Source: Antechinus flavipes (lineage: Eukaryota). From it: DNA of 64,000 bases. Position numbers and translations under genes: made by a program. How positions within the stretch are numbered: position 1 is the stretch's first letter; each line of letters starts with the position of its first letter. Location: the NCBI RefSeq assembly GCF_016432865.1, contig NC_067398.1, forward strand, positions 370,388,001 through 370,452,000, written 5' to 3'. This document shows, one piece after another, positions 34,932 to 47,583 of the stretch. The notes under the pieces were generated by a model. That model was not told the origin of the DNA and searched no databases. It saw only the letters and a program-made list of their open reading frames with translations.

Positions 34932-35178
34932 TTTTGTCATTATTCTCTCATTTCAGTCATCTCTGACTCTTTGTAATCTCATTTGGGGTGTTCTTAGCAA
35001 AGATGATGAATTGATTTGCAATTTTCTTCTTCAGCTAATTTTACAGAGGAGAAATTGAGTCATACAGGATTAAATGACTTGTTCTGAGTTACATAGCTAG
35101 GAAGTCTAAGGCTAGATCTGAACTTAGAAAGATGAGTCTTCCTGACTTCAGACTCAACACTGTATCACCTAGCTGCTC
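34932..35178 (-). mobile_element. MAR1 SINE
   Basis: tcatttcagtcatctctgactctttgtaatctcatttggggtgttcttagcaaag...attttacagaggag...gatgagtcttcctgacttcag...cacctagctgctc. Confidence 0.85.
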
Positions 35179-35435
35179 TGATGTATAAATTTAAAAACAG
35201 GAATTACTCTTTCCCCTCCCTTTTCTCTCACCTCCCTTTTTAACCTTTGCATTATCAGGACTATTTTGATCTTCTCCCAGAAAAAAATGGGAAAGAGGGT
35301 GAGGTTTGATTGACTGCCTTTAAATAAGCCAATGACTATGTGAAAATGTAGTAGACCTTTCTTGGTGATCTTCCAAATTTCTTGGGCTAAAAGATGGTTT
35401 CACCCCATCTTTTTTGATACTTGTGTTCTTTACAG

Positions 35436-35472
35436 GATTTGTTTTGGGACACTATTTTATAGTTGTTTGCAG
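35436..35472 (+). other. candidate 37-nt exon
   Basis: atctttttttgatacttgtgttctttacag|GATTTGTTTTGGGACACTATTTTATAGTTGTTTGCAG|gtaaat; two of three frames open. Confidence 0.35.
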
Positions 35473-35520
35473 GTAAATAGGAAAGATTTACTGCAGTGAT
35501 TTACTGCTTACTCTGCCATC

Positions 35521-38500
35521 TTTTTTTTTTTTTTTCTATTTTATTTTACTTAATAATAACTTTGTATTGACAGAATCCATGCCGGGGTAATTTTTTTTTT
35601 ACATTATCCCTTGCACTCGTTTCTGTTCTGATTTTTCCCCTCCCTCCCTCCACCCCCTCCCCTAGATGGCAAGCAGTCCTATATATGTTAGATATGTTGC
35701 AGTATATCCTAGATACAATATATGTTTGCAGAACTGAACAGTTCTCTTGTTGCACAGGGAGAATTGGATTCAGAAGGTAAAAATAACCCGGGAAGAAAAA
35801 CAAAAATGCAGATAGTTCACATTCATTTCCCAGTGTTCTTTCTTTGGGTGTAGCTGCTTCTGTCCATCATTTATCAATTGAAACTCAGTTAGGATTCTTT
35901 GTCAAAGAAATCCACTTCCATCAGAATACATCCTCATACAATATCATTGTCGAAGTGTATAATGATCTCCTGGTTCTGCTCATTTCACTTAGCATCAATT
36001 CATGTAAGTCTCTCCAAGCCTCTCTGTATTCATTCTGCTGATCATTTCTTACAGAACAATAATATTCCATAACATTCATATACCACAATTTACCGAGCCA
36101 TTCTCCAATTGATGGGCATCCATTCAATTTCCAGTTTCTAGCCACTACAAACAGGGCTGCCACAAACATTTTGGCACATACAGGTCCCTTTCCCTTCTTT
36201 AGTATTTCTTTGGGATATAAGCCTAATAGAAACACTGCTGGATCAAAGGGTATGCACAATTTGGTAACTTTTTGGGCATAATTCCAGATTGCTCTCCAGA
36301 ATGGTTGGATTCGTTCACAACTCCACTAACAATGCATCAGTGTCCCAGTTTTCCTGCATACCCTCCAACATTCATCATTATTTTTTCCTGTCATCTTAGC
36401 CAATCTGACAGGTGTGTAGTGGTATCTCAGAGTTGTCTTAATTTGACTTTCTCTGATCAATAATGATTTGGAACACTCTTTCATCTGAGTGGTAATAGTT
36501 TCAATTTCATCATCTGAAAATTGTCTGTTCATATCCTTTGACCATTTATCAATTGGAGAATGGCTTGATTTCTTATAAATTTGAGTCAGTTCTCTATATA
36601 TTTTGGAAATGAGGCCTTTATCAGAACCTTTAACTGTGAAGATGTTTTCCCAGTTTGTTGCTTCCCTTCTAATCTTGTTTGCATTAGTTTTGTTTGTACA
36701 AAGGCTTTTTAATTTGATGTAATCAAAATTTTCTATTTTGTGATCAGTAATGGTCTCTAGTTCATCTTTGGTCACAAATTTCTTTCTCCTCCACAAGTCT
36801 GAGAGATAAACTATCCTATGTTCCTCTAATTTATTTATAATCTCGTTCTTTATGCCTAGGTCATGGACCCATTTTGATCTTATCTTGGTATATGGTATCA
36901 AGTGTGGGTCCATGCCTAATTTCTGCCATACTAATTTCCAGTTGTCCCAGCAGTTTTTATCAAATAATGAATTCTTATCCCAAAAGTTAGGATCTTTGGG
37001 TTTGTCAAACACTAGATTGCTATAATTGACTATTCTGTCTTGTGAACCTAATCTTTTCCACTGATCAACTAATCTATTTCTTAGCCAATACCAAATGGTT
37101 TTGGTGACTGCTGCTTTATAATATAATTTTAGGTCAGGTACAGCTAAGCTACCTTCATTTGATTTTTTTTTCATTAATTCCCTTGAGATTCTCGACTTTT
37201 TATTGTTCCATATGAATTTTGTTATTATTTTTTTCTAGATCATTAAAATATTTTCTTGGAAGTCTGATTGGTATAGCACTAAATAAATAGATTAGTTTAG
37301 GGAGTATTGTCATCTTTATTATATTCGCTCGGCCGATCCAAGAGCACTTAATATTTTTCCAATTTTTTAAGTCTGACTTTATTTGTGTGGAGACTTTTTT
37401 GTAATTTTGCTCATATAATTCCTGACTTTCCTTTGGTAGATGGATTCCCAAATATTTTATGCTATCAACAGTTATTCTGAATGGAATTTCTCTTTGTATT
37501 TCTTGCTGTTGGGTTTTGTTGGTGATGTATAAAAATGCTGAGGATTTATGGGGATTTATTTTGTATCCAGCTACTTTGCTAAAATTATGAATTATTTCTA
37601 ATAGGTTTTTAGTAGAATCTCTGGGGTTCTCTAGGTATACCATCATATCATCTGCAAAGAGTGATAGTTTGGTTTCCTCATTGCCTACTCTAATTCCTTT
37701 AATATCTTTCTCGACTCTTATTTCAGAGGCTAGTGTTTCTAATACGATATTGAATAATAATGGTGATAGTGGGCAACCTTGCTTCACTCCAGATCTTACT
37801 GGAAAAGGTTCTAGTTTTTCCCCATTGCATATGATGCTTACTGATGGTTTTAAATATATGCTCCTGACTATTTTAAGGAAAAATCCATTTATTCCTATGC
37901 TCTTAAGTGTTTTTATTAGGAATGGCTGTTGGATTTTATCAAATTCTTTTTCTGCATCTATTGAGAGGATCATATGGTTTTTGTTTGTTTGGTTATTGAT
38001 ATAGTCAATTATGCTAATAGTTTTCCTAATATTGAACCAGCCCTGCATTCCTGGTATAAATCCTACTTGGTCATAGTGTATTATCCTGGGGATGATTTTC
38101 TGTAATCTTTTTGCTAATATTTTATTTAAGATTTTAGCATCAATATTCATTAGGGAGATTGGTCTATAATTTTCTTTCTCTGTTTTCAATCTACCTGATT
38201 TAGGTATCAGTACCATGTCTGTGTCATAAAAGGAGTTTGGTAGGACTCCTTCAATCCCTACTTTTTCAAATAGTTTATTTAGCATTGGAGTTAATTGTTA
38301 ATTGGAGTAAATTGTCATTTAAAGAATTCACATGTAAATCCATCTGGTCTTGGGGATTTTTTCTTAGGGAGTTTGTTGATAGTTTGTTCTATTTCTTTTT
38401 CTGAGATGGGACTGTTTAGGATATTTACTTCTTCCTCTGTTAGTTTGGGCAAGCTATATTTTTGGAGGTATTCTTCTATTTCATTTAAGTTATCGAATTT

Positions 38501-39588
38501 ATTGACATAAAGTTGGGCAAAGTAACTTCTAATTATTGCTCTAATTTCCTCTTCTTTAGTGGCGAGTTCTCCCTCTTCATTTTTAAGACTAACAATTCGA
38601 TTTTCCTCTTTCCTTTTTTTAATCAGATTTACTAAGGGTTTGTCTATTTTGTTGGTTTTTTCATAGAACCAACTCTTAGTTTTATTAATTAATTCAATAG
38701 TTTTTTTACTTTCAATTTTATTGATCTCTCCTTTTATTTTTAGAATTTCAAGTTTAGTGTTTGACTGGGGTTTTTAATTTGTTCCTTTTCTTGCATTTTT
38801 AGTTGCAAGCCCAATTCATTGACCTTCTCTTTCTCTATTTTATACAAATAGGCCTCTAGAGATATGAAATTTCCCCTTATTACCACTTTGGCTGCATCCC
38901 ATACATTTTGGTATGATGTCTCATTATTATCGTTTTCTTGGGTGAAGTTATTAATTATGTCTATGATTTGCTGTTTCACCCAATCATTCTTTAGTATGAG
39001 ATTATTTAGTTTCCAATTATTTTTTGGTCTACTTTCCCCTGGCTTTTTATTGAATGTAGTTTTCATTGCATTGTGGTCTGAAAAGGATGCATTTACAATT
39101 TCTGCCTTACTGCATTTGAGTTTGAGGTTTTTATGTCCTAATATATGGTCAATTTTTGTATAGGTTCCATGAACTGCTGAAAAGAAAGTGTACTCCTTTC
39201 TGTCTCCATTTCATTTTCTCCAGAGATCTATCATATCTAATTTTTCTAGTATTCTATTTACCTCTTTGACTTCTTTCTTATTTATTTTGTGGTTTGATTT
39301 ATCTAATTCTGAGAGTGCAGGGTTGAGATCTCCCACTATTATAGTTTTGCTGTCTATTTCTTCTTGCAGCTCTCTTAATTTCTCTTTTAAGAATTTAAAT
39401 GCTACACCACTTGGTGCATATATGTTTAATATAGATAGTGCTTCATTATCCATGCTACCCTTTAGCAAGATATAGTGCCCTTCCTTATCTCTTTTAATTA
39501 GATCAATTTTTGCTTTAGCTTGATCTGAGATCAGGATGGCTACCCCTGCTTTTTTGACTTCACCTGAAGCATAGTAGATTTTGCTCCA
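35521..39588 (-). mobile_element. young marsupial L1, about 4.07 kb, 5'-truncated within the endonuclease domain
   Basis: poly-T tail at 35521; 3'UTR with G-rich tract; contiguous ORF2 homology (see ORF2 entry); no TSD found. Confidence 0.97.
35921..39588 (-). pseudogene. disrupted L1 ORF2 (endonuclease / reverse transcriptase / C-terminal domain)
   Basis: ORFs 39211..39600 (KKAGVAILISD...LNIYAP...IIVGDLN, endonuclease), 38740..39066, 37200..38285 ([18 protein letters not shown]...[18 protein letters not shown]...LFADDM, RT), 36326..37174 and 35921..36259; broken by stops and frameshifts. Confidence 0.97.
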
Positions 39589-39623
39589 TATGTTATTCAA
39601 TCTTAACTCACTATTTATTGCTG

Positions 39624-39726
39624 TACATTTGTCTTTTTACTCTTTCTTGTTGTGCTTTTTTATGCCTCTCTGAACTACATTTGTTTTTTTACTCTTTCTT
39701 GTTGTGCTTTTTTATCCCTCTCTGAA
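39624..39726. repeat. 52-bp tandem duplication (2 copies)
   Basis: tacatttgtctttttactctttcttgttgtgcttttttatgcctctctgaac repeated with about 3 differences. Confidence 0.95.
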
Positions 39727-39759
39727 TTGTAGTTGTTCCAGATTTCTTTTACTTTCTCA

Positions 39760-40720
39760 AGGAACTAACAACATCCTTACCGCTTCTCCCTCAATACAGA
39801 ACTTTGCTTCATACTTTACTGAAAAAAACAATTGAAGCCATCTATTTCAGTTTTTTCTCTCCTTCTCAATTCAAAACTTTGAATCAACTCAGTATTATCC
39901 CATACCTTTCTCTCCTTTGCTCTAGCCTTGAAGAATAAGTTCCTTCTTAATGGCCTTCATTTATGTTTTTTATGCCATTGCTTTTCTTTTTTTCTTTAGT
40001 CCCTTACTCTCCTTAATTATTTTCAGCACATCCTGATGTACAATATTTCTTTCCCTGTTAATTATAAACATTCCTGAATCCTACAGGTTTATCAATATGA
40101 TACTTTAGCTTGATTCTACCACCTACTTCATAAGTCTTTTTTGATTTCACCTCCCTTTCATAACTAAACTACTAGAAAAAGATACCTATACCCATTGCTT
40201 CTACTTTTTTGTCTCCAATATACTTTTAAACCTTTGCAATCCCATTTCTTTACTACTCAACTAAATCTGCTCTTTCCTATGTAACCAAGGGTCTTTACAA
40301 TGCTAAATTCAATGCTTTTGTCTTAGTAATAATCCTAACTACATTTGCAATATTTGACAAAACTAATTACTACCTCCTAGATATTCTCTTATCCTTTTAT
40401 TTTTGTATTGTTGCTAACCTGGTTTGTTGGTACTGGTCATCCTTACTTCTATTTCTTGTATCACAATCTCTGTTCAAGTCTCAGTACATATATCAACTCC
40501 TTCCAGTGTCCTTTCTAGATTTACTAATTTGTTAGTATAGGCCATTTCAATCCCTATGTATTTATTTTGTACTTATCCTATGTATATTATTTATGAACAT
40601 GTTTTATCTTGCCTAGTAAATTTAAACTTCTCAAGGGCAAGGACTGTTTAGCTTTTTCCACTTAATGCTCACTCTATCCCACAGTGCTTATATATAGTAG
40701 GTGTTTAATGTTTGTTTATT
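39760..40720 (+). mobile_element. L2 LINE fragments
   Basis: actttgcttcatactttactgaaaaaaacaattgaagccatc...ctactcaactaaatctgctctttcctatgtaaccaag...; L2 3' tail ttctcaagggcaaggactg...cacagtgcttatatatagtaggtgtttaat. Confidence 0.65.
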
Positions 40721-41377
40721 ATTTTCATGTTGTATTCCACAGTAGAATTTTAATTTGACACGTTTATATATGTCCCTTTTGTACCAGTCATTGTGCTAGA
40801 TAATAGGAATACAAAGACAAAAATGAAACATTGCCTGCATTCAAAGAGCTGCTATTCTACTAGAAGAAAACAACATATGTATAAATAAGTACAAATTACA
40901 CACAAAATATATAAAAAGATAATTGGGTGTGAGGCAAGGCAGCACTTATTATTTTGTGAATCAAGAACATTCTTATGTATGATGTGACACTTATTGTGAG
41001 CCTATAAAAGAGTGATGGATGCAAGGAGAGAGAAGTAAAGATGTAGAACATTATAGATATGTAGGAGAGTTTATATAAACACAGAAAATCTGGAGAGAGG
41101 ATATCATGTATAAGTAATGCAGTTTCATTTGATTTAGAATCCATGAGGAAATAATGTCATATCAGTACAGAATAAAGAGTAAAATAAAATGTATTTTTTT
41201 AAATGTCAAAACAATTCTTTTTTAACTTAAATTTTATTTATTTATTTATTTAAAACTTAAATACAAAATAGAAAAAGAGAAAATAAAACAATGCTATGTA
41301 TATAGCATAACATAAGAAAGGATTTAAAATATGAAAATATGAAAAAATGAAAGCCTATATAAAAAAAATACTACATA

Positions 41378-41573
41378 GGGGCAGCTAAGTGGCCCAGTAG
41401 ATAGAGTACCAACTTTAGCTAAGTGGTTCAGTGGATAAAGTACCAGCTTTAAAGTCAGGAGGATCTGAGTTCAAATCTGATCTCAGACACTTAACACTTC
41501 CTAGCTGTGTGATCCCGGGCAAGTCACTTAATCCCAATTGCCTCAGCAAAACAAAACAAAAAAAACCAAAACT
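41378..41573 (+). mobile_element. WSINE1 with duplicated 5' head, nested in HAL1 3'UTR
   Basis: ggggcagctaagtgg...aagtcaggaggatctgagttcaaatc...cccaattgcctcagcaaaacaaaac; short flanking repeat actacat (41370-41376 / 41571-41577). Confidence 0.9.
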
Positions 41574-43241
41574 ACATTTTGTGTTCAGAGCTGTCCATCT
41601 TTTCTTTGTTTCCTTATAGGTTTTCTATTGTTCTCTGCTGTGCCTTTTTTACTTTATTTCCCCCTTATTTGTCTTCCCCATCCCCTCTTAGAAGGCTACA
41701 ATTAAGCATGGATATCTTTATCTATAAATACACATAGATATATGTATATGTATACATATATATGTGTATATAAATAGGTATACATACATATACATATGTA
41801 TACACATGTACATTCATATATATCTATGTTGCCATGCTATGCTTGTTTTTCTTCGATTTCTTTTAAGGTAAATAGCATCCTTTCCATATTTTTAAAAATC
41901 CACTACTCATTCCTGCACCACAGCAATATTCCAATCTTAAACTGCCTACTTATTTTAAATAGTTTTAAAAATATTGATTAATATGGCTGACATCTAGTGT
42001 TTCCATATTTTTCTCTTTTGATTAAATCTATTTTAGCTTTAACTTTGTCTGAAATCAATGGTTATTAAACTTGCTTTTTTCCTAATAGATTCCACTCCTG
42101 ATCATAATTATTTTTGTGTATATCTCTTATTTCCTATCCCTGCTGACTCCTCTGCTTCAACCCATTATTTTGCCTTGCTATTATTTAACTTATTCCCCAC
42201 TCCAAGGATCCCTCCCTTATCTTGTCCTTCTACCTTTTCCCTCCCTCTTTATCCCATTCCTGTTTATCTATACATCCTTCTACATCCTCCCTTATTCTAT
42301 TCCCCCTTCTTATTTCTTTATAAATTTAGATTTTTATACTCATATGAAGATATGTGTGTGTATGTATATATATTTACATGTACACAACGTATTGTTTTCT
42401 GTTTAACCCATTCCTGATGAGAATAAGGTTCCAGAACTATCAGCCCTCCTTCCTCATCTAAATTCTTTGTGTCATTTCTTCTCACGCCTCATTTGTATAA
42501 TTACTAATTTTTTTTTACCTTTTCCTACATAGTTTTGCTTTTTAGAATCACATCATACTGAGCTCTACCCCCAAGCTTCCTTTCAAACTATCCAATTACT
42601 AATGATAATCTTAGATGTATAGTTGACATTTCCACAAATTAAACTTTAATTGTTTTTCTTATTGAGTCCTTTGTAATTAGCCTTTGATATTTATCTTACA
42701 TTTCTATTGGATCTTACATGTCAAATTTTCTATTAAGTTCAGGGTTTTTTTTGCAACAAAATTCTGAAAGTCTAGCAATTTATAGAATATCTTTTTATTT
42801 TATTTATTCATTTTGATTCAGGATTATGCTTAACTTTGTTGGGTATTATATTTTATGCTGTAACCTCAGTTCTTTTGCTCTTCAATTTATAATGTTCTTA
42901 TGTTCTTTTAAGGAAGTCACTGCTAGGTCTTGTATGATTCTAATTGTGCCTCTGCTATATTGAATTGGTGGGGATTTTCATATTTGGCTATGTTATTCCT
43001 ATATGTTTTGCTAGAAGAATCTCTTTCATGTAGAGATCAGTGCATTATTTTTTTTCTTTTCCTGTTTCTACTTTTTCCTTTTGTTCTAATACTTCAGGAC
43101 AACTTTATTTATTTCTTGTATCATTGTATCAAGATTATTTTTTTGATCATAGCTTTCAGGAACTCTGCTTATTCTTATGTTTTCTTTTCTTGATTTGTTC
43201 TCCCAATCAGTTGTTTTTCTTATAAGATGTCTCACATTTTC

Positions 43242-43245
<4 letters not shown>

Positions 43246-43282
<37 letters not shown>
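43246..43282. repeat. (AC)n microsatellite inside HAL1 ORF1
   Basis: perfect AC run followed by gtgcgcgc. Confidence 1.
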
Positions 43283-43288
<6 letters not shown>

Positions 43289-44369
43289 GCTTGCACATAT
43301 ATAATTCCTTGGTCTTATATAACTTTGCTAGCTTCCCCTTGCCCAATTCTAGTTTTCAAGCATCTTTTTATCCCTTAAGATTCTGGATCTCCTTTTCTAG
43401 TTGTCTGATTTTCTTTTCATAATCTTGTTTTTTCTTGGATTGTTCTCTCTCTTTGTCTCTGTCTCTCTGTCTCTCTCTTTCTGTCCTCTCTCCCTTTCTC
43501 TTTCTCTGCCTCTCTCCATTCCTGCTTCTCCCTCCTTTTCCCCTCTCTCCTCTCTCAGTTTTTTCCTTATATTTCCCTCATTTAATTTTAGAAGTCTTTT
43601 TTGAGTTTGATGAATTCTTTTTGGACAGGTGAACATTTAACATTACTCTTTAGGATAGGAGAGATTTTTTTTTAAACTTTATTATTCTCCTTTGAAGATA
43701 AACCCTAGTTTTCTCTAGTCTCATAGTAACTTTCTTTGGTTTGGTTCTTTCTCCTCGCTTGCTCTTTAAAAAAATATAGCAGATTTTTAGTGTAGTAACC
43801 TCCAATCCTCAGGCATGGGGGATGGTGCCTCTGGTTTTAAATCCTCCTTCAGTTCTCCCCTTTGGCTTGGAAGCCAAGATCTCTGCCTTCCTCTAAATGA
43901 CCATAGACATTAGAATTTCTGTCCTACAACTTCTGTATTCACTAGGGGAGTGCTGGTTTTGTTTTTCACCTAGGACTATGTCTGGACAATATAGATGACC
44001 TAGAGTCCCTTATCAGCAGAAATTCCCTCAGGCTTCTCTGTCTCAAATGCCTGACTCCCCATCCACCTGAGAAATGAAAATGCCTGTGGCTGGGGCTCAG
44101 GCAAACTTCAGACCAAGCTAGCTCCAGAACACATCACTTGCTGTTTCAGCAGAGCCAGCATGAAGGTGTTTATATTTCACAGAGGCCAAATGCATCCTGA
44201 TATCTTTGTTTGGATCTTCTCAGGTTGTCCTAGAAAGTTTGCTGTAATGCCCCAACTCTTGTCTGCTTTTCTACATTTGTCCTGAGATGCTATTTTTGTC
44301 TTGCATGTGAGGGAAATCTGGAGAAGTTAGAATTTTTTTACCTACTTGGTTATCTTCCCAGACTCCTCT

Positions 44370-44460
44370 CCCAAAAATGTTTTTAGCTCTCCCTTTGTAT
44401 AAAAACCAGCATTTAGCTGGATTTGGCCTACAGATCATAGTTTGACTACCTCTGAAGTAA
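44370..44460. mobile_element. MER58-like terminal fragment
   Basis: gtataaaaaccagcatttagctggatttggcctacagatcatagtttgactacctctg. Confidence 0.45.
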
Positions 44461-46529
44461 AATGATAGGTTGAGGCCAGACTGTGAAGGGTTTTCAATAA
44501 TAAAAATAGGCATATGTATTTTATCCTAGACTCAATAAGGAGTTGCTAAAGCTCCTTGAGTAGATATTTTTGAATAACTTTAGAAACTTAAGTATCAGAT
44601 TTTTCTAAATATCAAGCTGGAATTTGCTTCTTTTCAATTAATCAACTATAGATAGAATTGCATCAGGACCCTGACCTCATAACTATCTAGTTCCTCTCTC
44701 CCCCTAGTTATTTTATGGTCCTTGATAATAGGAACATTTTTTTTCTTTTTTTAAAAAATCATTGTGTTTTCTCCATTTTGATATAGTCCTTTCAGATTGA
44801 GTCAAGCCTTCTTTTCCAGAAATTCCCTTAGTTGTTCTAGTGGAGAGGAGCAAACTAACCCAAAGAATTAATATAGTAACTCGAGTTAAATATGTATTTT
44901 TTAAAAATTTGAATTGTATCAAACAGTAATTAAAAGAGAGGTTCCTACAGAAATGATTTCAAGATGATAGTTCTCCATGCTCAATCACAACTTTGTTGGT
45001 AGTAAAATAAATGTCACAGGACTTCATAATTATCCTTCTCAATTACAAAATTGGGGAGAGGCAAAAAAGAAATAAATAAACAAATAATGGTCCTCAAGGG
45101 AAGAGAGCTGAACATCACCTGTCATCAATAATTAAAAACAGATTGAAAAAATATTAGGCCTAGTTCTACCTACATTTACAGAAGTACATGTACATTGGAT
45201 ATGCATGCATGTTTGCATGTGTGGTTGTGTATTATCCAAAGAGGAAAAAAGTGAAAAGGTCATCTTATCACTGTAAATAAAAGTCATTGACTTTTCCAGG
45301 AAACTGTGATCTCAGATTTTGGTCAGTTCAAGCCAAATAGTCATTGTGCTATTATTAGTGGTGACTAAAGAATGAGGATCACTTTAATAGTGAAGTGGAA
45401 GTAGGTAACTATAGCTGCTATTATTCAATTGAACTGATAAGCATTATATGTTTCTCTGTTTATGCATTTCTTCCTGTGTCAATATATTATTTTTTTTATG
45501 TAAAAGATGCTGAAGGCCTTCTCTGATCCATCATTTCATTTTTTCTGTAATTGTCGACATCTTTGAAGAAAATATTGCCACTTCAGTTTAATTAAACCAA
45601 AATCTATATGCATTGATTCTAAGTGTTCTAAAGTTCTGGAAGGACAGGAGGTCACCATTACCCCACGATCTCTGGGGAGATTACAACATCAACCTCTGTT
45701 CTTTGAAATATATTTGCTAGGTTGCAGGTTCTACTTCAGGAATCCAGTGGGAAATCGGTCGCATAGCAACATGGGGCTGAGATGGGGTCATTGTGTAGCT
45801 GTGATGAAGGAAACTTTATGAAAGGGCTTATCAGGTTCTAACTGGGTCAACCCTCCCAGATCCCTGGGTGCTTGGCTTGCTGAGTTGGGTGATTTTGTGT
45901 GACCATGGAATTCATCTCATTGACAGTTGTGGGTCCCTTACAGGCGCTGAGGTGTATAAACAGTAGGTGCTTAGTAAGTGCTTTTGAAAAGAATGAAGGC
46001 TTTTGATTTCACTTTGTCAAAGAGTATATAGAACAACCTAAAAATCTTGCTTATATTTTGTGCCTAGGAATTTGTTTATGTTTTGGTAGCAATTTATTAA
46101 ATTTACAAACATATGTAAGGCACTTTGCTAGATGAAGGGGTCACAAAGATTGAGAAAATACAAGTTTCTCAAGGAGTTTACAAACCAAATGTCTATTATA
46201 CAGTAAATTATCTGGAGGAGAGCATGAATACTAAGAGTTTTCCAGGTGGTTAGGACACCTGGGAAATGTAATATGGGGCTAGCTAAAAGTAGTCCTGGAG
46301 AGTAATACATTATATTTATATTCATTGCATATCCTAATCCTCTCAACTCTAACATATAGAAACACTGACTTTTCGAATCATCAACTCCCCCATTTGAATA
46401 TTGTAAATTTCTGTTTTTTTAACCTGTTTCTATCCCTGCTTAGCCTTTAAATTTTGAGTTACTTTTCTCAGCTTCTACTTTCATTAATGAATTATTTTCC
46501 AAGAGTTTGGTTATATACATCTTCACTTC

Positions 46530-46980
46530 TGAATTCTAGAGGAGTATCCTTCCGGAATTGGAAAAATGTTTCTTTAATGTTATCTGAATGAGCATTCATT
46601 ACAGCAAATTCTTTATAACAAAGTGCCTCAGTTTTCTTTAACTAAATGACAATTACCTTTTTTAAAGGAACATATAATAATAATAAATAATAAAAAACAT
46701 TTCCCCTAATATCTGAGGGCATCTCTTCTCTATCACTTCAGTCCCTGATAGAGAGTCGAGTCAATCTTAGGGCAATTTCTCCATAGCATTTACCCCTTTA
46801 AATTCACTTCTAAAAATAATATAACTGAAGGATGGATGAATCTGCATTTCTGTTACCACTAACTAGGTCTAGTGAGTCACTATTTCTGTTTTTGGTGGCT
46901 AGCTCTCTTTTGGCTGGTCTTTCACAAACCTCCCAAAACTCAAGCTCCTGGACTTCTGGTGTAAACTCACAAGGTCTGCT
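46530..46980 (-). mobile_element. very old L1/HAL1 ORF1/5' fragment
   Basis: atgtttctttaatg...acagcaaattcttt...cagttttctttaactaaatgac...ttacctttttaaagga...gagagtcgagtcaatc; decayed, recalled similarity only. Confidence 0.35.
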
Positions 46981-47030
46981 CTCTCTCTCGCTCTCGCTCT
47001 CGCTCTCGCTCTCGCTCTCGCTCTCGCTCT
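46981..47030. repeat. (CTCTCG)n hexanucleotide microsatellite
   Basis: ctctctctcgctctcgctctcg... with 7 CpG-containing units. Confidence 1.
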
Positions 47031-47554
47031 CTTTTCATTTTAAGGCAGTGGAGAGAAAAAGCAACATCAGAGCCATGTTTTAAATGGGATACTTGAGGCC
47101 ATTGAGGGTTAATGCTTAACTACTTGTTCAAATACAGCATCAGGGAAGGAGAAGACCCCTCACTTAGGCTTAGTTAGTGACTTTTGAATTCAGCACAGTT
47201 GTGGATCAGGAGTCAGTAATTATTTCTTTCCACATGGTTAGCAGTTATTCAGTATCTTTGCATTATCCATATCAGAGAATCTGGGCCTTTTTTGTCATGG
47301 CTTTCCAGAATCAGGCTCCTACTATTGCTTCTTCTACTTCCATCTAGCTGACTGCAAGCAGAATACATCGTACATACCCTGAGGGTAGAGGTCAATTGTA
47401 TAGGCTTTCTATAATAGCTGACATCACATTTTACCTCTGGCCTTTTCCAGAGAATTAACCCATCACACTGGCTTTTGCTATGGACAAATTCTTTCTCATA
47501 TCTTAACTTCACCTGTGCAGGAATGTCTTTATTATATTTTCCTTCTCATTCTAG

Positions 47555-47583
47555 GAAAAGGTTATTGGATTATAGCTTTGAAT
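47555..47583 (+). other. candidate 29-nt exon
   Basis: tctttattatattttccttctcattctag|GAAAAGGTTATTGGATTATAGCTTTGAAT|gtaagt; long polypyrimidine tract, gtaagt donor. Confidence 0.4.

Larger units (their letters stand above)
41215..44366 (-). mobile_element. HAL1-like (ORF1-only) element with nested WSINE1 and (AC)n
   Basis: 5' end ...cctacttggttatcttcccagactcc; ORF 43086..43346 has ENVRHLIRKTTDWENKSRKENIRISRVPESYDQKNNLDTMIQEI (L1 ORF1p motif LENRSRR.N.RI.G.PE); ORF1 ends about 42720 (KKPELNRKFD-like), then a long 3'UTR, no ORF2. Confidence 0.8.

Noticed and set aside
37669-39475. Plus-strand ORFs of 95-111 aa
   Set aside because: Antisense reading of L1 ORF2; typical shadow ORFs.
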